Of a stretch of 64,000 bases of DNA, positions 28,539 through 37,555 are shown piece by piece (the first letter of the stretch is position 1; each line of letters starts with the position of its first letter). This DNA comes from Candidatus Wirthbacteria bacterium (GTDB lineage: Bacteria > Patescibacteriota > CG2-30-54-11), in NCBI GenBank assembly GCA_903889905.1, contig CAISZI010000048.1, positions 5,881-69,880 of the forward strand, in the 5' to 3' direction. Position numbers and translations under genes: made by a program. The notes beneath the pieces are model-generated. The model was not told where the DNA came from, searched no databases, and saw only the letters and a list, made by a program, of their open reading frames with translations.

Positions 28539-29020
28539 AAGCTCAAAGGCACCAGCAATTACTTGGCCGCAAGGCCCAGAGGAAAGTCCGAGCTCCACCA
28601 AAGTCATGGAAGCAGCTAACGGCTGCCGGGAGAAGCTGGGAGCTTGGAGTTTTGAGCTACGAGTACAAAGGTAGCAGCGCTAGAACAATGAGAAGTCTTC
28701 CTCCTCCATGCTCCAAGCTCCGTACTCCACGCTAAATACTCCAAGCTCCTTGCTTCTCTCAGGGAAAGTGCCACAGAAACATACCGCCCCGCCGTTTCGG
28801 TCGGGGTAAGGTTGAAATCGCGGGGTAAGAGCCCACGGCTCCGTCTGGCAACAGCGGGGCGGGTAAACCCTTCCTGGAGCAAGTTCCAACGGACTGAATT
28901 ATTCGTTAACCCTGACTTTGGGGGAATAATTCAGAGTGGAACGCACGAGCGTCCTGGCAACAGGCCGCCTAGAGAGATGATTGCCAGTACAGAACTCGGC
29001 TTATTCGTGCTTTTGAGCTT
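28539..29020 (+). ncRNA. rnpB: RNase P RNA, bacterial type A, with expanded P9
   Basis: GAGGAAAGTCC, AAAGTGCCACAGAAA, GGTAAGAGC, GGTAAACCC, AGATGATTG..ACAGAACTCGGCTTA. P1 pairs AAGCTCAAAGGCAC with GTGCTTTTGAGCTT; P6 pairs CCAAAGTCA with TGACTTTGG. Confidence 0.95.
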
Positions 29021-29028
29021 GTTTTTTT

Positions 29029-30528
29029 ATGCCAAGTCGTATGCTCAAATTTATTGATCGCCATTTTTCCCGCATTTTTGCCGTCCTTTATGTCCTGATT
29101 GATTATCTGGGCATTTGGGGCGCTTTTTTGTTGGCTTATGTCATCCGCCGCAAAGTGGATGTGACCACGCTGGACCTGGAACTGTTTAGCATTCCCAGTT
29201 TACACTTTGCCTGGAAAGACTTTGTCCAGGTCGCGCCGATGATTGCGGGGCTGTGGCTGGTCATTTTTATTGCCTTGGGCATGTATCGTGAAATCGGTAA
29301 AACGCGTGGACTGGAAGAATTCCGCGGCATTTTTGTCGCGGCTTCCTTTGGCATTGTGGCCATGACCGTACTCGGGTTTATCTATGGCCACCAGCCATTT
29401 TCACGCTTAATTACCCTCTATGCCTACATCATTTGCATTATTTTTGTCGCTTTCGGTCGCGCTTTGCTGCACGTCGTCGAAAATATCCTCTGGTCAAGGC
29501 AAATCGGTGTCGAACGGACCATCATCTGCAATATTGGTGCGATTGGCCGGCAATTTCTGGAAGGCATTCGTCAGCGTGGCTGGCCTGGAGTGCATATCAT
29601 TGGTGTAATCGAGGAACCGAACAAAAAATCCCAGGTCAAAGTCAAACAACTCGCATCAGGGCCAATTCTGCAGAACGACGCCAATACCATTGCGGGTTTT
29701 CCCATACTTGGTACCGTCTCCAATTTCAAAACCATTGTCGATCAGAATCATCCTGACACGCTCATCGTCGGCCTGGGTGGTGACAACGTCATGCAGGAGG
29801 TTGAACCATTGGTACAGTATGCCCGCGAGCAGGGCATTTTCGTCATGGTCATCCCCGACACGTTGGCACTGACGGCCGGTTACAAAGTGCGGGAAACCAT
29901 CAATGGCGTGCCCCTCATGGGACCACGCCGTTACCCGATTGCGGGATTACCGGGACTGGCCAAACGCCTCACGGATATGTTTTTTGCAGCGCTAGTCCTG
30001 GTTGCCTTAAGTCCTGTGATGCTGGTCGTGGCGATTGCCGTCAAGCTGACTTCGTCGGGATCGGTGATCTTTTCCCAGCAGCGCATTGGCAAAAACGGTA
30101 AACCGTTTGCTACGTACAAATTCCGTACCATGCATACCTGCTGCGAAGGTGAAAACGAAAAAGCCTGGACAACGCAAAACGATAACCGTCGCACTTCGAT
30201 TGGCACTTTTTTGCGCGCCTCCAACCTTGACGAACTGCCGCAACTGTGGAATATATTGCGCGGCGACATGACGCTGGTTGGCCCAAGGCCGGAGCAACCC
30301 GAATTTGTCAAAGAATTTGCCAACCTGATCCCCCGCTACCACGAACGCCACCAGGTCACACCCGGCCTTACGGGCTGGGCCCAGGTGAACGGCTGGCGCG
30401 GCAATACCGCCATTGAAGAACGGTTGCAGTACGACATGTTTTATATCGAGAACTGGTCCCCCTGGTTTGACCTCAAAATCATCCTGCTCACCCTCACCAG
30501 TTTCGGCAAATCCAAAGGAGCCTACTAA
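29029..30528 (+). CDS. Undecaprenyl-phosphate glycosylphosphotransferase (WcaJ-like)
   Basis: KRLTD, YKFRTM, LDELPQLWNILRGDMTLVGPRPE, PGLTGWAQVNG. Confidence 0.92.
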   Translation: MPSRMLKFIDRHFSRIFAVLYVLIDYLGIWGAFLLAYVIRRKVDVTTLDLELFSIPSLHFAWKDFVQVAPMIAGLWLVIFIALGMYREIGKTRGLEEFRGIFVAASFGIVAMTVLGFIYGHQPFSRLITLYAYIICIIFVAFGRALLHVVENILWSRQIGVERTIICNIGAIGRQFLEGIRQRGWPGVHIIGVIEEPNKKSQVKVKQLASGPILQNDANTIAGFPILGTVSNFKTIVDQNHPDTLIVGLGGDNVMQEVEPLVQYAREQGIFVMVIPDTLALTAGYKVRETINGVPLMGPRRYPIAGLPGLAKRLTDMFFAALVLVALSPVMLVVAIAVKLTSSGSVIFSQQRIGKNGKPFATYKFRTMHTCCEGENEKAWTTQNDNRRTSIGTFLRASNLDELPQLWNILRGDMTLVGPRPEQPEFVKEFANLIPRYHERHQVTPGLTGWAQVNGWRGNTAIEERLQYDMFYIENWSPWFDLKIILLTLTSFGKSKGAY

Positions 30529-30530
30529 AC

Positions 30531-31640
30531 GTGAAAGTCGCCCTCGTCCATGATTGGCTGGTTAACTACGCCGGGTCGGAACGCTCGCTGCATGCGATCG
30601 CCGAGATTTACCCGGAAGCACCCATTTATACCAGTGTTTGTGATCCAAGTCGCATCAAATCACTGGCAGAGCGTGAGATCCATGTCTCATTTCTGGACAA
30701 ATTGCCAGGTGCGCGCCGCAACCACTCCATGTACATCGGCCTGATGCCACTCGCCTTTGAACGCATGGACTTCAGTGGCTACGACCTGGTCATCAGCTCA
30801 ACACACGCCTGCGCCAAAGGCGTGGTCACACCACCGGAGACCCTGCATATCTGCTATTGTTACACCCCGACACGCTATTTCTGGGACTTTTTTCACCGCT
30901 ACATCAATGACCCTTCCTACTTTGGCATCCTCAACGGCATTGTGCGGCTGTTTGCGCCCGTCATTCTGACTTACCTGCGCGTCTGGGATCGCTCTTCGGC
31001 CGACCGTGTCGACCATTTTGTCGCCATTTCCGATTATATTGCACAACGCATCCGCAAATACTACCGCAAAAACGCCGTGGTCATTTATCCTCCTGTCGAT
31101 ACAGCAAACTATGCCATCGCCCCCCACCTCGGTGACTACTATCTACTGCTGGCACGCCTCGTCCCTTATAAACGCACGGACATTGCCATCCAGGCATTTA
31201 ACCAGCTCGGTCTCAAACTTAAAATCGCCGGCGAAGGCCCCGAACTCGGTAAGTTGAAACGCCAGGCTGGCCCCAACATTGAGTTCCTGGGCAATGTCAG
31301 CGAAACCGACAAAGCCAAACTCATGGCCGAGTGCCAGGCTTTTATTTTCCCGCCCGAAGAAGATTTTGGTATTGCCCCGGTCGAAGTCATGGCAGCCGGT
31401 CGCCCGGTCATTGCCTATGCCAAGGGTGGCGCCCTGGAAACAATCATCGAAGGGACAACCGGCACTTTTTTCCACGCACAAACCAAAGCGGCCATCATCG
31501 ACGCTGTCACCCGTTTTCAAACCATGACCTTCAACCCCGAGGCTATCCGCAAACACGCACTGAAGTTTGACAAATCGGTCTTTGTCCAAAAAATCAGCAC
31601 ATACGTTCAGGATCGTTACCGCGAATTTCAACGCCAATAA
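30531..31640 (+). CDS. GT4 glycosyltransferase
   Basis: MKVALVHDWL..YAGSER, EEDFGIAPVEVMAAGRPVI. Confidence 0.9.
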   Translation: MKVALVHDWLVNYAGSERSLHAIAEIYPEAPIYTSVCDPSRIKSLAEREIHVSFLDKLPGARRNHSMYIGLMPLAFERMDFSGYDLVISSTHACAKGVVTPPETLHICYCYTPTRYFWDFFHRYINDPSYFGILNGIVRLFAPVILTYLRVWDRSSADRVDHFVAISDYIAQRIRKYYRKNAVVIYPPVDTANYAIAPHLGDYYLLLARLVPYKRTDIAIQAFNQLGLKLKIAGEGPELGKLKRQAGPNIEFLGNVSETDKAKLMAECQAFIFPPEEDFGIAPVEVMAAGRPVIAYAKGGALETIIEGTTGTFFHAQTKAAIIDAVTRFQTMTFNPEAIRKHALKFDKSVFVQKISTYVQDRYREFQRQ

Positions 31641-31687
31641 TAATCTCCCTGACTGATTGAATTCATTATTTTTCTCCGGAGACACCC

Positions 31688-32719
31688 ATGGAATTTCGCC
31701 ACCTGCTCAAAGCCATCCGCAAGGAAATAGGTTTGTTTTTGACCGTCATCCTGATTGGACTTGTGATCGGCGGCACGTGGCTACTGCTGCAACCCCAAAA
31801 ATTCAGCAGCGCCATCTCCGTCGTCGCCAACTATGAAAACGTAAGCACTGGAGCCGCCAGTAACTATTTTCAATACAACAACTACTACGGCACAATGGTC
31901 GCCAATTCCTTCAGCGACAGCATTCCCGGTCTGCTCAAAAATACCGGTGTGGTCAAAGCTATTTTTGATCGTGCCAATGTCGATTTCACCAAAATCCAGA
32001 CTCCCGCCACTTTTTTCACCGCTGTGTCCAAAGGTAAATACGTCAACGAAATCCGCCTCTCAACCCAAAACCAGGCCCAGACCGAAGCGCTCTCCAACAC
32101 CCTGATCACTACGCTACGCCAAAAAGCCGATGAATTTTCACAAACCAGCATGGAAGGCAAACTGCAGCTTGGCATTGACGGACCGACGATTAATGTTGAG
32201 TATCCAGCCTATGCCATCGATGCCGCCGTGATCGTGGTTTTTCTGCTGGGATTGGCACTCCTGCTGGTAGCGATGGCGACCTACCTCAAAAATGAAACCT
32301 TTGAACAGCGTGAAATTGAATCCGCGTTAAGTATCAAAATCCTGTCTCATGTAAGCAACCTGCACCACCTGGGTGACACCCCTTCACTGGCTCTGCTGGC
32401 CCTGCATGAACAGCTTGTCACCCGTCTCAAAGACCACACTGTTACGATCACCTTTGTCGGCCCTGATACCGAAGCCATTAATGCGTTACGTGCCCAGTAC
32501 GAACATTTTTTCCCCATGCTGGGAGACAAAAAAAATACCTTCAGCTGCACCACACTGGTGTTGCGGCACGCTGTCCTGTCCGATATCCAAACCCTGGGCA
32601 AAACCAGCGTCGTCGTCATTGCACTTCCCGACAGTGGTGTGCGCCGTGACCTGCTCCAGTCCCTGTCCACCCTGATGTCAACGCTGACAGCGCCTCGCCT
32701 GCTGGTCACCTATTCATAA
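31688..32719 (+). CDS. Wzz/YveK-like polysaccharide chain-length protein
   Basis: MEFRHLLKAIRK start and two TM segments flanking a large loop; lies in the glycan locus. Confidence 0.55.
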   Translation: MEFRHLLKAIRKEIGLFLTVILIGLVIGGTWLLLQPQKFSSAISVVANYENVSTGAASNYFQYNNYYGTMVANSFSDSIPGLLKNTGVVKAIFDRANVDFTKIQTPATFFTAVSKGKYVNEIRLSTQNQAQTEALSNTLITTLRQKADEFSQTSMEGKLQLGIDGPTINVEYPAYAIDAAVIVVFLLGLALLLVAMATYLKNETFEQREIESALSIKILSHVSNLHHLGDTPSLALLALHEQLVTRLKDHTVTITFVGPDTEAINALRAQYEHFFPMLGDKKNTFSCTTLVLRHAVLSDIQTLGKTSVVVIALPDSGVRRDLLQSLSTLMSTLTAPRLLVTYS

Positions 32720-32742
32720 CGCCTTTTTGGGACCCAACCCTT

Positions 32743-33858
32743 ATGCGCATTTTATTTGATGCCCGCGTGCTGATGAACCCGGAACCGTCGGGTGTGGGTC
32801 AGTACTCGTCGGTGCTGCTGCAGGAGCTCACCCGGCGACTGCCGCAGCAATGGCTGGTCTACCAGAACCGCTGGTCGAGTCAATTTGGCCATTTACCTGA
32901 ACTTCCCACCGCTACTGCCATCGCGCGGACACATTACCCCAACAAATTGCTCAATCTGATGGGTGCCTGGGGATTTAATCCCAAACTTAGACAGCCGGTA
33001 GACTTAATTCTAAGCCCGCACCTGAACGCCATTCGTCAAAACAACGTGCCAAGACTGATCACCATTCATGACCTTACTTTTGTCAAATTCCCTCACCTTC
33101 TTTCCCGTCAAAACCGCCTCTGGCACAACTGGATGGCGACAGCGGCCAAACAGGCCGACCATCTGATCACCCTCAGCCACGCCACCAAGGACGACATGAT
33201 CAAATGCTGGCGCATAAATCCAAGCCGTATCAGCGTCATCTATCCCGGTCTGATGCCCATCGCACCCATTGACGCTGCCTTGACGCAGCAAGTCCTGAAC
33301 CGTTTCAAGTTGCGTGCCCGCGCATATTTTTTCTTTGTCGGCGACATTGCCCCACGCAAAAATATACCCAACCTGCTAGCGGCATGGACCAAAGTTGTCC
33401 ATCAATCCCCGTACCGCGATTTCAAACTGGTGCTCTCGGGCAAAATGGGTTACCGCGAATCAACGTTTCACCAACAGGTGTCAGATCTGCACCTGACGAA
33501 TCACCTGGTGCTGACCGGCTATCTCGATGACACCATGAAAACAGCTCTGTTTGGTGAGGCGCTCGCACTCGCCTATCCGTCACTGTATGAAGGCTTTGGG
33601 CTTCCCATCCTGGAAGCATTTCAACTCGGCGTACCGGTGCTGACTGCGGCAATCGCAGCCATGCCGGAGATTGCAGGCGGGGCAGCGCTGTATGTCAATC
33701 CTTATGAAATTGACGACATTGCCCAAGGACTAACCACGCTGATTGATCATTCAGTGCTCAGGAGCACCCTGGTGCAGGCAGGTAAACAGCGTCTTCGGCA
33801 TTTCAACTGGGAACAGGCGGCGACCACTTATCAGGAACTTTTCCAACGCTTTAGTTAA
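32743..33858 (+). CDS. GT4 glycosyltransferase (mannosyltransferase-like)
   Basis: MRILFDAR..SGVG, TIHDL, PRKN, YPSLYEGFGLPILEA. Confidence 0.9.
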   Translation: MRILFDARVLMNPEPSGVGQYSSVLLQELTRRLPQQWLVYQNRWSSQFGHLPELPTATAIARTHYPNKLLNLMGAWGFNPKLRQPVDLILSPHLNAIRQNNVPRLITIHDLTFVKFPHLLSRQNRLWHNWMATAAKQADHLITLSHATKDDMIKCWRINPSRISVIYPGLMPIAPIDAALTQQVLNRFKLRARAYFFFVGDIAPRKNIPNLLAAWTKVVHQSPYRDFKLVLSGKMGYRESTFHQQVSDLHLTNHLVLTGYLDDTMKTALFGEALALAYPSLYEGFGLPILEAFQLGVPVLTAAIAAMPEIAGGAALYVNPYEIDDIAQGLTTLIDHSVLRSTLVQAGKQRLRHFNWEQAATTYQELFQRFS

Positions 33859-33977
33859 CATCCAGATGTTAACATCCAGATTGTCAAAACGCGTCAAGTT
33901 GTTTAGAATAGTCACCAAGAAAAGCAACTCTAGAGTGGAGTTGCTATGATTTTATTTTATGACCCACGAGGCTGAAT

Positions 33978-35054
33978 ATGACCGATATGGCAGACAAATT
34001 ATCCAACCTGCAAACCGGACTGACTTTTGACGACGTCCTGATCCTGCCAGAAGCCAGTGCCATGGAACCCACTGAGGCATTATTGCAAACGCGTGTCAGC
34101 AAAAACGTCAGCATCGCCATCCCGATCGTCAGTTCACCCATGGATCGCGTCACCGAAACCGCCATGTGCATGGTCTTGGGAGAATTGGGTGGGCTGGGAG
34201 TGATTCATCGCAATATGAACGCCGAACAGGAAATCGCCATGGCCAAACAAGTCAAGGACAAAGGCTTTAAAGTTGGCGCTGCCGTGGGACCGTTTGACCT
34301 TAGCCGCGCCCTGGCCCTGGACAAAGTTGGCGTGGATGTACTCGTGATCGATTGTGCCCATGGCCACAACCTCAAAGTTGTGGAAGGCGCCCGTCGCATC
34401 AAAGAGTCGGTCAAAGCCGACGTCGTGGTGGGCAATATCGCCACTGCCTGGGCCGCCGAAGATTTGTGTAAATTCGCCGATGGCCTGCGTGTTGGCATCG
34501 GACCCGGAGCAACCTGCACGACACGCATCATCACAGGTTGCGGCGTTCCTCAACTCACCGCCATCACCGAAGTGGCCCGCATCGCCCGTGCCGCCAACGT
34601 CCCGATCATTGCCGATGGCGGCCTGCGTTACAGTGGCGACATGGTCAAAGCGCTGGCTGCTGGCGCAAGTTCGGTGATGAACGGCAGCATCCTGGCCGGC
34701 ACCGACGCCTCCCCGGGCGAAATTGTCACCTTTGGCGACAAACAGTATAAATCCTACCGTGGGATGGGGTCACTGGGCGCAATCACCGGTACTGATCGTT
34801 ATGGTGATGGCAAATCTGAAAAAATCGTTCCCGAAGGTATCGAAGGCGTGATTATATTCCGTGGCTCCACCGCCGCTGTCGTCCATCAACTGATTGGCGG
34901 CATCCGCGCCGGTATGGGTTACGTCGGCGCCCGCACGCTTGATGAACTTTACCAGAAAGCACGTTTTATTCGCGTCACCCCGATTGGAATTCGTGAAAAC
35001 CATCCTCATTCCATGATCCAAACCAAAGACCAGCCCAACTATCCAGCTGAGTAA
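33978..35054 (+). CDS. guaB: IMP dehydrogenase family enzyme without CBS domains
   Basis: LTFDDVL, SSPMDRVT, IDCAHG, GIGPGATCTTR, IIADGG, YRGMGS, VPEGIEG. Confidence 0.85.
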   Translation: MTDMADKLSNLQTGLTFDDVLILPEASAMEPTEALLQTRVSKNVSIAIPIVSSPMDRVTETAMCMVLGELGGLGVIHRNMNAEQEIAMAKQVKDKGFKVGAAVGPFDLSRALALDKVGVDVLVIDCAHGHNLKVVEGARRIKESVKADVVVGNIATAWAAEDLCKFADGLRVGIGPGATCTTRIITGCGVPQLTAITEVARIARAANVPIIADGGLRYSGDMVKALAAGASSVMNGSILAGTDASPGEIVTFGDKQYKSYRGMGSLGAITGTDRYGDGKSEKIVPEGIEGVIIFRGSTAAVVHQLIGGIRAGMGYVGARTLDELYQKARFIRVTPIGIRENHPHSMIQTKDQPNYPAE

Positions 35055-35122
35055 ACAAGGCAAATTGACACGACTTGCTGCGAAGACGATAATAACCCCG
35101 CTTACATTAAATGGAGCCACGC

Positions 35123-35656
35123 ATGGACGTTTATATTGGTGCTGACCACGGTGGATTTAAGATCAAAGAAGAGCTCAAACCCTACATCCAGGAACTCGGG
35201 CACACGCCTATTGACGTTGGTTCATACCAGCTGGATGCCACAGACGATTACCCCGATCCAGTCCTGACGCTCAAACACAAATTAGCCGAGCGTGCAGGCA
35301 AGGATTTTCGCGCCATTCTAATCTGCGGTAGTGGCATTGGCATCTGTATGGCAGCCAACAAACTCAAGCATGTCCGTGCCGCAAGCTGTCTGGAACCGAT
35401 TCAGGCTTTTTTTGGACGTCTGCACAATGATATCAACACGCTCTGCCTGTCAGGCCTGCGCTCCAACGCCTCCAGTATCGAAAAAGTAACCGAAGGGGAT
35501 TACACCAACCTGATCGACGCCGGCATGAATGTGGCCAACCTCAATGAAGCCAAACGCATTGTCAAAGTTTTTCTGACCACCGAAACCGAAGCCAGCCCAG
35601 GCAGCCGTCATCGCCGTCGGCTCGAAAAGATCGCGGCATTGGAAACAGCCAAATAA
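35123..35656 (+). CDS. rpiB: Ribose-5-phosphate isomerase B
   Basis: GADHGG, DDYPD, LICGSGIGICMAANK, HNDIN, RHRRR. Confidence 0.9.
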   Translation: MDVYIGADHGGFKIKEELKPYIQELGHTPIDVGSYQLDATDDYPDPVLTLKHKLAERAGKDFRAILICGSGIGICMAANKLKHVRAASCLEPIQAFFGRLHNDINTLCLSGLRSNASSIEKVTEGDYTNLIDAGMNVANLNEAKRIVKVFLTTETEASPGSRHRRRLEKIAALETAK

Positions 35657-35725
35657 TCGATTTGTGCTCACCTTTTTTTTCGATACAATAGCGGGGCAAG
35701 TGCCTCGCTTTTTTGAAAGTTTGCC

Positions 35726-37087
35726 ATGCTTACCTTTGTCATTGTCACTGCGCTGGCCTGTGTCTTTGTACTGCTTGGACTGCGGCACCGCCGTACTCTG
35801 ATCGGTCTGGTGGTTTTGCTGCTGCCAACCTACGTCGTGCGTTTTAACCTCACGCCATTTCCCGTGCTGCACAAACTGCCAACAACACTACTCGAAATCG
35901 CACTGCTTGCTTATTTTGCCAGTTTCAGTGTCCACGCGCTCACCCATCGGCCGGATAAAATATCGCTGCAATCCTTTTTTCAGACACCACTGCAATGGCT
36001 TCCTGTGTTGACCGTTCTCGCTGCATGCCTTGGCGTCTGGGTGGCTCCTCAAAAAATCGCGGCGCTTGGATTACTACGTGCCTATTTCATTGAACCCGTG
36101 CTTTTTTTCTATCTGCTTTTCTGGGAAATCCGACACCAGCCTGCTCTAGTCAAAATCATCTACGGCGCGCTGCTGGGCATGATGGGGTGGCTTTCGCTTG
36201 ACGGCATTGGTCAGTATCTGGTCACGCACCAGTTTCACCTCAATTTTGCCGATACCACCGAAAACCGCATCACGGCTGTCTTCAATACGCCCAATGCGAT
36301 CGGACTTTTACTGGCACCACTCATTACCTTGTTTATCCCAATGGGCATTTGGCTCTGGCGCAACCATCATCGTCGCCTGGTGGCCGCGATTGGCGTCATC
36401 AGCCTGATGGCCGTGCTCTGCCTGTGGTGGAGCATTTCCCGCGCCAGCTGGATTGGATTGATTGCTGGCATTGTCGTCATTGGCGTTTCCCTCGCTGGCA
36501 AAAAAGCCATCCCGCTGCTCGTATTACTGACACTGGTAGTGGGGACAACGGCCTATCTGACGCAAACGCGGGTACGTGATTTTTTCAGTCCATCCGCCAA
36601 CGCCCACGACCTGTTTGGAGACAATTCCGCCAATGTACGCGTCCTCGTCTACGGCGCTACCTTCAGAATGCTGCAGGATCGCCCGCTGCTGGGCGCCGGG
36701 CTGGGAGCGTTCCAGGCACGCATCATTCAATATAACATTGGCCCACTTACCGACATTCCCATCTTTCCGCACAATATTTTCCTCAATTTCTGGACCGAAA
36801 CAGGATTGCTCGGCCTGTTGGTTTTTTGCTTGTTGTTGGGCCGACTGCTCTGGCTTTGTTACCGCCAGCTTCCATCCAGGCAAGCTCCCTATACGCTTTC
36901 TAACGCCATCTTCCTCGGTTCCCTGGCCTTTCTCACGACACTGATTGTCCACGGCCTCTTTGATGTCCCCTATTTCAAAAATGACCTCAGCCTGCTGTTT
37001 TGGATGATTGCCGCACTGATTGCGGGCACGACATTGCACAACGGCTCGACAAAGTCTTCACAGCCGCATGCCGATACGTTACAATGA
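35726..37087 (+). CDS. O-antigen ligase (Wzy_C) family membrane protein
   Basis: FNTPNA, SRASWIG, PLLGAGLG, PHNIFLNFWTETG, HGLFDVPYFKND. Confidence 0.85.
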   Translation: MLTFVIVTALACVFVLLGLRHRRTLIGLVVLLLPTYVVRFNLTPFPVLHKLPTTLLEIALLAYFASFSVHALTHRPDKISLQSFFQTPLQWLPVLTVLAACLGVWVAPQKIAALGLLRAYFIEPVLFFYLLFWEIRHQPALVKIIYGALLGMMGWLSLDGIGQYLVTHQFHLNFADTTENRITAVFNTPNAIGLLLAPLITLFIPMGIWLWRNHHRRLVAAIGVISLMAVLCLWWSISRASWIGLIAGIVVIGVSLAGKKAIPLLVLLTLVVGTTAYLTQTRVRDFFSPSANAHDLFGDNSANVRVLVYGATFRMLQDRPLLGAGLGAFQARIIQYNIGPLTDIPIFPHNIFLNFWTETGLLGLLVFCLLLGRLLWLCYRQLPSRQAPYTLSNAIFLGSLAFLTTLIVHGLFDVPYFKNDLSLLFWMIAALIAGTTLHNGSTKSSQPHADTLQ

Positions 37088-37174
37088 CGTCGAAAATGAC
37101 TGGGAAATAAAAGTCGTTGTCTGGTATTGCGAAACAAATTTTACCTCAAACCAATAGCGAAAGTTTTACCGACG

Positions 37175-37546
37175 ATGTCTTTGACCATATATCTGTTTGG
37201 CATCGGGATCACCACACTGGGTTCGCTCGCTATTTCCATCTGGATTTTGTTCAATATTGATCCACTGATCGCCTCCCGCCTCGAACTGATCATTTTTTAT
37301 ACCGCCGTTGCCCTGGCCATGATGGGCATGGTTACACTGCTTAGCTTTTATCTGCGATTGATACGCAGCAAAAATGAATTTTATTACGGCAACCTGCTTA
37401 CGTCCTTGCGTCAGGGTTTTCTGGTCAGTTGCTTTGCCGTTCTAACCCTGTTTCTGCGCAGTCTGCATGTGATTAACCTTCCCCAAATTGCTTTATTATT
37501 CTTTGCCTTTGTCTTATTTGAACTTTACTTTCTAGCCAAAAAATAA
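37175..37546 (+). CDS. Small 4-TM hypothetical membrane protein
   Basis: Hydrophobic ORF with NIDP and SLRQG motifs. Confidence 0.65.
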   Translation: MSLTIYLFGIGITTLGSLAISIWILFNIDPLIASRLELIIFYTAVALAMMGMVTLLSFYLRLIRSKNEFYYGNLLTSLRQGFLVSCFAVLTLFLRSLHVINLPQIALLFFAFVLFELYFLAKK

Positions 37547-37555
37547 GGCTCCCCC

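Noticed and set aside
28616-29057. Small ORFs, or a CRISPR-like array, in the heptamer region
   Set aside because: The region is RNase P RNA; the 7-nt repeats have no spacers and no cas genes are present.
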